From Cenococcum geophilum (lineage: Eukaryota), in assembly GCA_050273025.1 (NCBI GenBank), contig CP158635.1:29140001-29204000 (forward strand): a stretch of DNA of 64,000 nucleotides, in the 5' to 3' direction. The notes under the pieces were generated by a model. It had not been told where the DNA came from and did not search any database. It worked only from the letters and a program-made list of their open reading frames with translations. Below, one piece after another: positions 37,776-51,500 of the stretch (its first letter is position 1; each line of letters starts with the position of its first letter). Both the position numbers and the translations under genes were made by a program.

Positions 37776-38711
37776 TTAAGACTTCTATTCCTCCTCCTAG
37801 AATTAGATTTAAAAGGCTTTGTAATAGCTATATACTTATAACGGGACTAGCCCAGTTATAGTAGAAATGTCTTAGTGAAACACTCGATAGATAAATTCCG
37901 ACGCTTTAACCAAATTGTACTAGATTAATTAAATTCTACTAAAGTCTATTAAAGACCGCGTGCGTATATACGCACGCATTAACCACTAAGCCCCTAACTA
38001 TTTAATTATATAATTCTCTTATTATTCCTTTCTCTTCTTTACACAACGTTTTATTTTTAACGAGAGCTATATACCCTTAAATTTAGATAGAATTTATATT
38101 ATTTCTTTAAATCTTCCCTAAAGTCTTTTCGCGCCCTTATATTATATTACGTTAAAATAACTACCATTAAAATAGTAAACGAACTTAAACCTACTGCGTT
38201 AACTATAAGCATTATAGCCCTAGTTAGGGAACAGTTAACTATAATATAATAGTCCTTTATAGATGCTTTGGCCCAATAGCGAGCAATATTAGAAGCTTAG
38301 TACTAATAATTAATAGGAGTAATCTACGAAGAACTTTATAACCTTAAAGCACTTACGTTAGAGACCCTAATAGTAATACCTATAAATAAAATTAAAATAA
38401 CTATATATAAACCTGGCCCGTTAAATATAAACCCTAAACTAGTAATAGTAGCTTAACCCGCACCTATAATAAACCTAATACCTACTATAAAATTTAAAAA
38501 GCTCCCTAACCCTCTAATGTTTAATAGAAATTAAAATAACCTACGTCTTTTTATAACTAAGCTCCGTTTTAAACTTTTAATAAACTATAACTAATACCCT
38601 ACTAAAGCTAGCAAAATTAGCTATAGAATGTCTTGTTTAAGTAAAAACGCTATATAAACTATAGACCCATTCTTCTATAACGGCACCTTTATTAATTTTA
38701 AAATATTTATC

Positions 38712-41700
38712 TGTCACGGCACTGACCTGACGCATACTGTTTCATACTGTCTCGTACTGTTCCCTACTGTTAGCTGGCCCACCACTAGCGACTTGGCGGC
38801 CGGCCCTACTATTTATATATAATACCCCCTTTCTACCTTCTTCCCCTCTTTATACCACAACGTAGTTATTCAGTCTACTTTATTACAGCACTATAACAGT
38901 TTATGGTATCTTTAATTTACGCCCCATCGCAATTACTAATTCCCCGTACCCTAGCCAATTAACCTCCGCCCCAGAGCAATCGCGACCTGCGCGCGCCTCT
39001 ACTAAAACTAATATATCCCTAGCACAGTCCTAGAATAATCCTTAGTTTTTACCTAGCGCCTAAATGGGCGACACTAACGACGCCAAAATGGCCAAAACCT
39101 AGAACCCCTATGACATTTTTGTAGACCTATTTACAGAGACATACCCCAATATCGCGTAGACAATCCGCCGCTCCCTACTATACCCTAAAACCTTTAAGCC
39201 TAGTAAAGCTTACCTTACCCTTATTAACTATACTAATGAGTTCCTTAACAATATTAAAGCAGGACTATAGTGTATATATAACATAAATACCGCTAATAAA
39301 AAAGCCAATAAAAACCTTAATGCCCTTATTGCTTCCTAGATAGGAACTATTAACTCCTAGGCAGAGACTATTACCGTTCTAAAATAATTAACCCCTATAA
39401 CAACGGTAGTAACCTAGCAAAAAAAACGGAGATCTAAAGACCCGCTAATATTTAGCGGAAAAGGTACCCCACTAGAATAATAAGCTAATTTTAAGACCTA
39501 GCATATTAAGATTAAGGGAGTCTTCAACTAGGACTAGGACTACTTTAATATAGTTTAGTCCCAGATCCTTTATATCTTAGATATGCTAGAGGACAAGGCC
39601 TATAAGTTTATTAAGTAGGGCCTAGAGCTTATATACAAGAACCTAAACAATATATCTACGTAGAAATAGCCTACTAAGGAAGATATACTTAAAGACCTTA
39701 CTACCTACTATAAGGTCCTTAATATAACCCAGGTTATAAAAAACAAGCTTAACTATTTCCCCTAAGGCAAGTGTAATTACTAGTCCTAAAAGGGAAAGCT
39801 TAATAAGCTAATAGTCCGCGCCAAAAAGATAAATAAACAGAAGGTGGACCTACTTTAAAAGTTTATTTCTCTAAACATAGAAAAGCTAGTACTTGGACTA
39901 GCCTATAAAATCAATAATAGCGACTATATAGGTTAGAGCAAGTAGATGGATATATTCGCTAAGAACCTCGCGAACTATATATACTGAGCTAACCTTAAGA
40001 AGAATACTAACTACCGCCTACCTGCCTAAGCCCCTACCCCTATATTAACCCTGACCCTAGCAGTGACTAGAGAACCTATAAACCTTAATAGAATCTTAGA
40101 CACGGAGTGTAAGCGCCGCGTTAATAATAGACTGTGCCTTACCTATAGCCTACCCGGCCACTAGAAGGATACCTATAACCCCGCCAAAACAGTAAACCTA
40201 GTCCTAATGCCACCCCATTAAACAACGCAAATAAATAACCGCGGACGCAGTAACTGTAGAGTCCATTATAGACGCGGCAACCGCGAAGCCTATTATGGCC
40301 GCGGCGGACGACCCCCCCCTTTAACCCTACGGCTTAGTTACTCTAAACCATACCCTATATAGGAGCCTAACCCGTTAATAACGCCTAGTATTAGCGACTT
40401 TGCGCTAGTAAATACGAACACAGCCACATTATCGGCGAGGTATTATTTTTCTATACCCTAACTAAAACAGAGATAGACACCGCCAGCTAGACGGATACTG
40501 GACCGCCCTACTAAGACAGCCCCGTACCCTAGTCGTTAAAAGGCAGACCCTTAGACTAAGTTATGCTTAAGGGTTTAAACCATATAAGGAGGAAAATAAG
40601 AAGATTAGGTCCCTATTACTAGATTAATTAGTTCTTTCTATTAGTAAACTACTACTTGATCTTAAATTAGCAAACAGTAATAAGAAATCAATCCTTATTT
40701 AAACCTAACTCTCCTTATTACGTAACCTATACCCCTAAGTTTATATTAATACAGTAAGCCTAATGGACTTCAGTAGTACTATAATAGCATTTACCAACGC
40801 AGAGTCTATTATAAAAAAGTATAACGTTATAACTAAGAAGCTGCTAGCACCTAGGCTACTGTGCCTCGTAGACGGTATTCTAACTTTGCTTATTACGGAC
40901 TACTTTACCGCCTAAATATTAATCGGCCTCTATACTAAAGCTATGCTCTTTTTTATTACTAAACTCTCGCCCACTACTCTAATTATCCTAGGTATGCCCT
41001 AGCTTCAGAAGCACGAGCCTTGTCCCAGCTTTAGGAAACTTAAAATCCGCTTTAACTTAAACTACTACTTTAGGTACTGCCTCTTGTAGGGGATAGCTAA
41101 TATTAGCAGGGACGCCCTATGTAGACACTCAGTACTACTAAGCCTAGTGCCTAGGACTATATACAAAGCCCTAACAATAGAAGACGTTCCTAATAAAGGG
41201 GAGCCTATATAGCTACAAAAAAACGAGATAGTAAAAGACTAAACTAACCTAGCACTTAAGACCAAAACAATAGGCTAGCCAGCCCTGCTAAGACCAAGGA
41301 AGAAGGTCCGCTTTGCGCCGCTACTATTAAGAAACCAACCCCAACCTAGGCACTATTTAAACCCCAGCCACCTAGCCAAACACCCGGAACTAAGCTATAT
41401 GCCATATACGCACACTATAGCTCGCGTTATAGTAAGGACTGGCTATAGAACTACTAAGACCTAGATAATAGAAACCACGCCACCGTAATACCTAACCTCA
41501 CACCCGTCTCCCGCGCGTACCGTATAGGGCCGCCACCTTATTTCCGCCCCCCTAGGCCAACCAAGCTATGCTAGCCTAGCTATAGCACTAGAGAGCTAAA
41601 TACGCCCTAACTTAGACAATATTAAATGCACCTATACTATTAATTTTACCCAGTTCTATAAATAAAAAGACGTAAAGGTAATAAGGATCTATATAGCGGA

Positions 41701-44700
41701 GCTAGTAAAACTAGTTAAATAAAATAAGCACTAACAGCTACTTAAAGAGCTGCCTATAGGCCTAATAGAAGTACCAAACCTATTAGAAAGGTCTTTCCGC
41801 TAGCTAGTAGAAGGCGACTATATAATAAAGGAAGCCCGTAAAGCGCTTCCCCTCTATTTCTATAACTTCCTTAAGACAAATCTAAAAACTAAACCTAAGC
41901 TTTTACATTGGAAGATAGTTAATACTAATATTAAAAAATTCCTAAAAGGCAAACCAGGATTAACCTATAAAGACATTCTACAACGCCTACTAAAGGAGTT
42001 TAGTAAACATATTAAGCACTTCCTCCCTAAAAACGTAGATAAGCTACCCCCTTACTAACCATAGGACTATAAAATTAAGATTACCCCTAGAAACTAGGCC
42101 CCGTACTATAAAAATAGACCACTCTTACCTACTAAACTTAGGTGTGTAAAAAAGTAGATTAATAAGATACTAGATAAGGGTTTTATCCGCGAATTAACCT
42201 CACTAGCTACCGTACCACTCCTCCTCGCTACTAAGCCCGGCGGCGGTATATAAATCTACTATAACTACTAAGGCCTAAACACAGTTACTATTAAGAATTA
42301 ATACCCACTGCCACTAATCCGCGAGACACTTAACGCACTTTATAGCGCTAAGTACTTTACTAAACTTAATATAATTACTACGTTTAACCGGATCTAGATT
42401 GCAGAGGGCTATAAGTATCTTATAGCATTTATTACCCGGTTCGGACTCTATAAGATACTAGTTACACTATTCGGCCTCTATAACGCACCCACTATATTCT
42501 AAAACTATATTAACCATATTCTATATAACGCCCTTAACAACTACTACACTACCTACCTTAATAACGTTTTTATCTTTTCTAAAATATACACCAAGTATAC
42601 TAAGTATATAAATAAAGTCATTTAAAGACTTAGCAATGCTGGACTTTAGATTAATATTAATAAGTCTAAGTTCTACTCTACTAAAACAAAATACCTTAGC
42701 TTAATTATCTTAACTAATAGTATAACTATAGACCCTAAGAAGATACAGGCCTTATAGAAATAAAAGGACCCGATATTAATTAAAGAACTATAACAATTTC
42801 TTAGCTTCGCGAACTTCTACCAATAATTTATCTAAGGCTACTCTGCTATTGCTATACCTATAATAAAACTTTTAAAGAAGGATATTAGATAGCTATAGGG
42901 ACTAAAACAAGCCAAATCGTTTAAGGCCCTTAAGGGAGCCTTTACTTTAGCACCAGTACTAGCATACTATAACTATATAAAGAAAACAGTAGTAGAGACA
43001 GATGTATTAAATTAGGCTTCTAGCAGAGTCCTTTCCCAGTATAATAACGACGGAAAATTAAAACCGGTTATATTCTTCTCTATAAAGCACTCCGCGCTAA
43101 AATATAACTATAAGATTTACAATAAAGAACTCCTAGCTATTATTAAGGCTTTAGAGGAATAGCGTCCTAAGCTATAAGAGACTAAGGAGCCGTTTAAAAT
43201 TATTACCGACTATAAAAACCTATAAACGTTTATAACTACTAAGCAGCTAAACTAGCGCCAAGTCTAGTAGGCAGAGTTCCTTTTATAATTTAACTTTATA
43301 ATTATATATAAACCTAGCAGTAAAGCCACGCTCCTTAACGCCCTAAGCTAGCTACCAGGAATAAGGCCTAAGGACGCTAATAACAAACGCCTTCACCACT
43401 AAGCCTAAGTCGTTATACCGCCCTAGAAAGTTAACCCTATAATCTTAGAAAAATTACTATATAAGTCCCATAACTCTAACAACGCGGAGTTTGTAGCCAC
43501 TCTAGACCCCAAAATAGCCAAAAAGTCACTAGATAAGTTAATTTGGCTAGGATACTAGGAGAACAAACTTACAAGAGATATAGTAGCAGCCCTACATAAT
43601 TAGAAAGCTCGCCGTTAGCTAAAGAAAATTAGGAAATTACTCTATTGCGATAAGTTAGAATATAGTATTATTAACGGATAGATCTACTTCCGCTAACGTC
43701 TCTTCGTCCCTAACGCCCTAGACCTCCACCTAGAAGTTACCCATCGCTCTTATAGTAGCGGCCCCGCTAGTTACCCTAGCTAGGTTAAGACTCTTAACCT
43801 CTTAAACCAAACATACTAGTAGCTAGGAATCTCCTAGTTTACAACTACCTTTATTAAAGACTGTACCCTATACTTTTATACTAAAACCCCCTATTCTGCC
43901 CCGCCTAGTTTCCTAAAGCCACTAGAATTACCCACCCGCCTATAAACCAATATCTTAATTAACTATATCACAACACTGCTAGTATACTAACGCTATAGCA
44001 AGGCATATAAATATATCCTTATTATTATAGACCGCCTAACTAAAATATAACACCTTATTCTAGTAACAGAACTCTTAATAAAGGAGTTAGTTAATAGCTT
44101 TATTAACAACGTATATAAGCTCCACAGTATACTAAGTATAATTATCTCCAATTACAGCATATAATTTATTAGCAACTTCTGGCGACGACTAAGTAAACGC
44201 CTTAAGATAACCTTACGACTAAGCTTAGCCTAGCACCCAAAAACGGACGGCTAAACTAAAATTATTAACGCCGCCGTAAATAAATACCTTTATACTTTTA
44301 TTAGCTTTATATAGGATAACTAGGTTAACTACCTACTACTTACTAAGTTTGCTATAAATAACTAAGTTAATAAGAGTATAGGCATCTCCCCGTTTTTTAC
44401 AAACTATAGCTTTAACCCTCACCTCAGAATTAAGCCTGCTAGCCCCTACCTACTAACACTATCAGTATAAGTAAAGAAGAAGTTCTTTTATGCAGACTCT
44501 ATGGCTAACCGCTTTAAGCGGATATTAATATAGCTTAAGGCCCTAGCCCGGATTTTATAGTAATACTATAAAGACAATACTAATACCTATAGGGATAAAA
44601 GCGCGTTATTCTACAAAGGTAATATAGTTATAGTTAGCTTAGAAAATATAAAGATAAATAGACCTAAGAAGAAATAAGATAATAAATAGGATGGCCTATA

Positions 44701-45625
44701 CCCCATACTCGCAGTATACTAAAGGGCAGTCGTAGTAGACCTCCCAGACCATATCTAAGTAAACAAATCCTTTTATACATCTAAGGTCCGCCTCTAGGCT
44801 GCTAAAGAGATCCCTAGCTAAGCAAATATTAATACCGTAGAGCGCCGTAATATACAAGGACAAGTAATAGAGAGAGATAATAACAGCAACATAGAAGACA
44901 AATAGAAGTTTAAGAAAATCCTTAATATATATAATAAAGACCCCTAGGGCCTAACTTATAAGATTAAATAGAAATATTATAAGGATATAACCTAGCAGCT
45001 AGAGGAAGACCTAAAGGGTTGCGAATAAGCTATACAGCGCTTTTATAAGTAACACCCTAAAAAGCTAGAACCCCTAGACTAGGCATAAGATAAGGAAAAG
45101 TTATGCTAAGGTCACGGCCGACCACCGCATTAAAATTTATAGTAGTTAAGATGTTATAGAACTTTAACTAGCGGTCGAAGTTATCTAATTAGCCAAATTC
45201 TCGCTAAGAAACGCCATACGGACTAATTTGGGTAGCGATATGGAGTTCTACCAACCTTACTCACTAAACTAACCAATTAGGATTTTCCATGCCCGGCATA
45301 GAAAATCGCCATTAGCTTGGTTAAGGGCGGTAAGCAGAACTAATATCTTTATAGTAGAAAATAGGCAACCCTATACACTGCCTATTTTTAAGTTATCTAT
45401 TTAGTTTAGGGACCAAACCGTCTAGGGGAGAGAAGTACTATTACGGCACTAACCTAATGTATACTGTTTTATACTGTCTTATACTATTCCCTACTATTAG
45501 CTGGCCTACTACTAGCGACTTGGCGGCCGGCCCTACTATTTATATATAATACCCCCTTTCCACCTTCTTCCCCTCTTTATACTATAACGTAGTTATTTAG
45601 TCTACTTCATTACAGCACTATAATA
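38712..45625 (+). mobile_element. Gypsy-B2: full-length chromovirus sharing its LTR family with Gypsy-B1
   Basis: 187-bp LTRs at 38712-38898 and 45439-45625; TSD TTATC. RT YLNN ~42552; integrase HPKTDG*TK ~44234; chromodomain ~44900-45060. Confidence 0.96.
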
Positions 45626-48569
45626 TTATCTTTCTACTAAAACAAACGTATAATAACACTAGCCGCGAATATATAGCTGTTATTAAATTTAAAAACCTAT
45701 AATAATAGAACCAAGACTTTACTAGCTTTTTTTGGAATTTTTAGGCCTTATTAGTAAACTAGATTAGAATAAAGCCGCTAGAGTTACTACTCTCAATTAA
45801 GCTATTTTAGATAAAATTAGAGTATAGTTAGTAGGTAGAAAAATACTAAAGAACTTGCCTAAATTTGCTATAATATATTAACAAATTAATAAAAACCTCT
45901 AATATAATAAAAAAACTTATTCTCTAAAGCCAACTATATTTTATATTTAAAACTCTATAAAACCGGTATATACCCTAAAGCGTAATCTATCTCTAAACCC
46001 TAAAGGCTTTACGTATAACCCTATAGACCTTAACGCCACTTAATTCTATATACCCTTAGGGACCAACAAATAAAGAACACGAGCCGTAAATAAAGAATGC
46101 TTTAGATATAGTAAAAAGGGATATATCTAAAGGAATTACTAAACTGACCCTTTTAAAAAGGTCCGCCGTAGTTCCTCTTAGTCCTTAAATTATACTTATT
46201 CTATAAATTATATTTAGTTACTATAAAGCATTTCTCCTTTAGTTAACTTAGAAAATAAATTATCCTAGGACTAAGTTGCGCCTTAGGATAAGAAGTAGAA
46301 GAGTATAAGTATCTAAGCTCTTCTAGCGCTAATATATAATATAACTCCCTTAATATACTTAGTAAAATTTAAATACTTAGAAAATGGAAGGAAGTATAAA
46401 TCCTTATAGACAGCGGAGCTATTAGTATAGGCTTTATTAATACGAACTATGCGAAAACCTAACACCTAAATTTAAAATAACTTAAGCAACTATAAGGCCT
46501 ATAAGGCTTTAATGGTAAACCCTTAATATATAGTATAATAACGCACTACGCTCTTATAAAGTTATAAATAGGTAAACACCTTAAATACGTTCCTCTATTT
46601 ATAACCCCCTTAAAGTAATATAAGATAATACTTAAATATAGATAGCTAAAGCAATATAACCCTTTAATTAGTTAGGTAAAAGAAATACTAAAGTTCTATA
46701 TAACCTACTGCCGAAGTTTTTACTTAAAATATTATATACTCTACAAACATATATATAACTATTTAAATTTAATATAATATAAATTACCCTTATTATAAAC
46801 CCCAAACTAATATAAGAAAGTTATAACGGCTAATTATAGTAAAGAATGCGAAGATAATATATTAAAACCCCTTAAAATTCGTATAATATAAGCCGTACCC
46901 TTTTATTTATTAGCAAGGAAATAAAACTATAAAATCTTTACTATAACACTAAAAGATATTAAAAAAGCGTTAGAACTAAAGTAATATATTAACCCCTAAC
47001 CTCTTATACCTAAAGAATATTACGATCTAATTAATACGTTTAAGAAACAATTTATAAACTAACTACCCCCGTATTAAGACGAGCACAATTTTAAGATAGA
47101 ACTTAAACCTAATATAACGCTAAAGTTTGGCCTATTATATAGTATATCGCAAGAAGAGCTGCTTATAATGTAATAATACCTTAAAGAGCACCTAGAGAAA
47201 GGATTTATTCGCCCTAGTTAATTACTATTTGCCTTATTTATACTATTTATTAAAAAAACCTAGAGGAGGCTTAAGGTTCTATATTAATTATTAAGCCTTA
47301 AATATAATTACAATTTAAAACTAATATCTAATTCCTCTACTTTAAGAAACGCTTAACTACTTAGTAAAAGTATAATACTTTATAAAGCTTAATATAGTCG
47401 CTGCCTTTAATTAAATCCGTATTTATAAAGGAGATAAGAAGTATATAGCTTTCCGTATATAATAGGGACTTTTTAAATACCTAGTAATACTATTTAGTGT
47501 AAAGAACAGTCCTAATATATTTATTACCGCGTATATTAATAATATCTTAATCTATTTATCTTTGCTTTTTAAACATTAGAAGTATATCTAAATAGTCCTT
47601 AAACGCTTATAAGACGTGGGCTTATAATGCGATATTAAGAAATATAAATTCCATATATATAAAGTTACATACTTAAGCCTAATTATATCCCGTAATGGAA
47701 TTAAAATAGATCTTAAAAAAATTGCTATAATTATAAACTAGGAAAGTCCTAGTAGTATATAAGATATCTAAGGATTTCTAAGATTTGCAAATTTCTATTA
47801 TTAATTTATTAATTACTTCTTAAAAATTATTTAGCTATTAGTAAACTTAATAAGGAAGAATATAAAATTTAAATAAACTACTAAATATAAATAAGCTTTT
47901 AATAACCTAAAATATTATTTTATAACTGCTCTAATTCTTGCCTATTTTAATCCGGACCTTAAATATATTATTAAAATAGACTCGTCTAATTATGTACTAG
48001 GAGGAGTGTTATTATAATATAATAAGAACGGCGAGCTACGCCTAGTAGCCTTTTTCTTTTAGAAACTTACCCCTATTAAATTAAATTATAAGATATATAA
48101 TAAGGAACTGCTTACAATTATTAGATGCTTTAAATAATAGCGTTTAAAACTTAAAGGATTATTATTCCTAATACGCGTATTAACGGACTATAAAAACCTA
48201 TAGTACTTTATAACTATAAATTAATTAATATAATACTAAATTCGTTAGGCCAAATACCTCTTATAATTTAACTTTAAGATTACCTACTAACCTAGTAAAC
48301 TTAATTAGAAGCCTAACTTATTAATATAATAATTATAGGACTTACCTATAAACGCCTCTAATAAATGAATTATAAATGAATTATAAATTCTACTGCCCCC
48401 TAAACGCTTTAAGAAACTACACCCCATATTTCTAGACGTGGAGCTTAATAGAAATAAATTAGAAATTAATAAGTGGGATATAAAAATTAATAAATTAATA
48501 AAACACAAATATAAGAATAACCCCTAGATAGTAGATATAATAAAAGCAATTTAAATAGGGAAATGGTAA

Positions 48570-51500
48570 TGTTGGGAATATAGGTAAGCTGCCGTCACGT
48601 AAGGCAAGTTGCCGTCACATAAGGTAAGTTGCCGTTATATGTCGCCGCGGCACTAGCGTAGTAAGGAGCCCTAAGCTCCTTGCCCTTCCTTAAGCAAGAA
48701 GAGATAGAATAACAATTATTATACTACCTACAACTTATAAATACGTAATATTACCTTATATTACTAACATTAATTAGTGGTTAACTTTACTATTATACCA
48801 TAGAACAGCTAGGTATTCCACTAAGAAGAGATAAGCTACTATACTAGTACTACTCGTGCTAGAGGAAGCTGTCTTTTAAGGTTAGAACTGGTCCTAAACC
48901 TTAAATAGAACTTTTCTATAAATCTAAGGATCTAAAAGGCTAGAACTGGTCCTAAGCCTTTCCTAGATTATAGATTCTTACGTCTATTATATAGAATAAT
49001 ATGCTTTATAAGTCCTTATAATTTAAAGCTAGAACTAGTCCTAAGCCTTATAATCGCAGATTCTTATTATAAACGCGTACTAAATAATAATCCCTATACT
49101 AATAATATATCCCTTCCTCTGAAAATATAGCTACTTTAAATAACTAGAAAAACTCCTAACTACTAGGGGTAGCTAAGTACGCGAAACTTATTAATAAAGA
49201 TTAGAATAAATTCGCCTTTAATATAATAACTTATACCGTAAAACGGGTTAACGGCTTTTTCCTATACTATATTATATTCTACCGAAATAAACAGTACGCT
49301 AATTTATAACTATAGGAGTATTTTAGGGAGGATTTTATAGGATAGACTGCTAATACCTAGGCACTTAGTAACGTTAATATTGTTTAGGATTTTTAAGACT
49401 TCCTCTATAGAAATGGGGTATATATTACTAAGAACGGTAACCTAATTACTAGTAATATTTAGGCCGTTATTATTAGTATAGAAGAACTAGTATAGACGAA
49501 ACCTAAGATTATATATTAACTACGGAAACCTAAAACTAACCTATATTCTTTAGAAGGCAACTTTAATTTATATTAAAACCCCTAGAACGCTAATCCCCCA
49601 CCTAGAGGTGCTCTCCTATTAGGAGGTACCCTCTTACTTAAAGGTGCTCTTCCTTTACCTCCTTTACTACCTCTAACTCCTTTATCCTAGCTAACCGGCG
49701 AGCCTCTACTATAAGAAGTTACGAATTTAATAAAGGTATATTTAGATAAAGAGAAGAAGTTTAGAGGAGAACTATACGATATACTCGGAATAAAACTATA
49801 GGTCTTTTATAACTATTGTAATAAAATTAGAATTTAAGGCCACTAGTACTATTACGCTTTCTCTATTATATTAAAGGGACAGGCAGTGACATTTTATTAT
49901 AACTATATTGCGGGTAGAAACTATAGCTTTAATATAATACTTTAGCTTACTAAAGCCTACTTTAAGATTAATAAGAATTGCTAGCTTTGTATATCTAAAT
50001 AGTAAAAGACTACATTCTAAAAAGTTACCGCTTTTAACTTAATAAAGACTTATTTAGAGTGCCTTTAACTACTCTTTAATAAACTTTAGAAAATCTAATG
50101 TGGCCTTACTAAAACTTACTAAAATAAGAACAGCCTAAGGGACTAGGTTATCTTAGCCCACTATAGCGTTCCTAAGTGTAATTTAGCGCTATATAAACCT
50201 ATAAATATATTTAAAGGAGTATATACCGAGCTATGCTCCGCTATAGGTACTATAATATAAATATAAGAATCTTAATAGTTTTATACTAAAAACCCTACCT
50301 AACTAAGTATTCCTAACTAATATAATTATAACTAGACTAACCGAATATATAATAGCCGTGGTAGGGAATACGGTAAAGGGTATAATTAATATTAACTATA
50401 AGGTAATTATGGAGGTCCTTATAGAGGTTTATTTTAAAGTAATTGCTAAAAGAAGTATTACGTTTGTAAGAAACCGAATTGCTAGTTAACTAGGCATTCT
50501 TTTAATAAATAAAAGGAGGCATATAATAAGTTTCGCTAAAGTATAAGAAATATCAGAAATTATAAGGTTACTACGGCCTATTTTTAAAGCTTCTTAGTTT
50601 AATATAAAGGCGTAAAAGATCTTAAAGGTAAGGTTAATAAGGCTAAATAGCTCCTTATAGATATGGAAATTAAAAACCACTTACCTAACTAATACTTTAC
50701 TAAATATAGTAAGGTAGATAGTATATAAACCGTCACTGTTCTTAATAACTAATCTACACTCTATTCTATTACGAAGTTAAATATCTTTAATAAGCTAAAG
50801 GAGAGCTCCGCGTTCTCCTTTAATAATAGATACTCGGCAAATGTCTTTTATAGTATTATACTAGATACTAGAGCTATAGGAGTATCTATAGTAGAAAAAC
50901 CTTAAGTTTAAGCTCTCTAGTAGCTTAATAGCTCTATTTAGATTAACTAATTAACGGCAGGCTAATATATAATTTGTTTTAGCAAAGGTACTATAATCTC
51001 TTTTAGCATAATTAGGGTCTAAACCCCCTTAGGATATATTACTTTCCATATTATTCCCATAAATACCCTATTTCTATTCTATATTAGGGATATAGATAAA
51101 TTAGGCGTTAAGCTTAACAATCTTAAGAATATACTTGTGTAGGGAGATAGTTAGGTGCCTGTTATACGTAAGTAGGGTTACCTTTAGTTACTCCTTTAAT
51201 AACTAAAAAAGAGCGTTGCTTAAAGCCATTTAACTAAGTTAGAGTTACGCCAACTATACCACCATTTTAGTTACCTATTAGTTTATTAATTACTTAGGGT
51301 TCTTTAGTAAGTAGGTTATAAAGTTAAGATTAAGGCGATTAAGTATCTTATAAAGTACTACTATTACTACTAAATAAACCAGAAGTCCCCTAGCCAATTT
51401 AAGTTCACCTTTAAAGATAACTACAACTTTAACTTCTATATTGTTATTAACGTTATATATTTTAGCGGCAAGCTAGTACTCTAAGTTATTACCTTTTTAA

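Noticed and set aside
37776..37836. Helitron 3' terminus
   Set aside because: No hairpin plus CTRR end, and the helicase is missing; this is a truncation followed by unassigned sequence.
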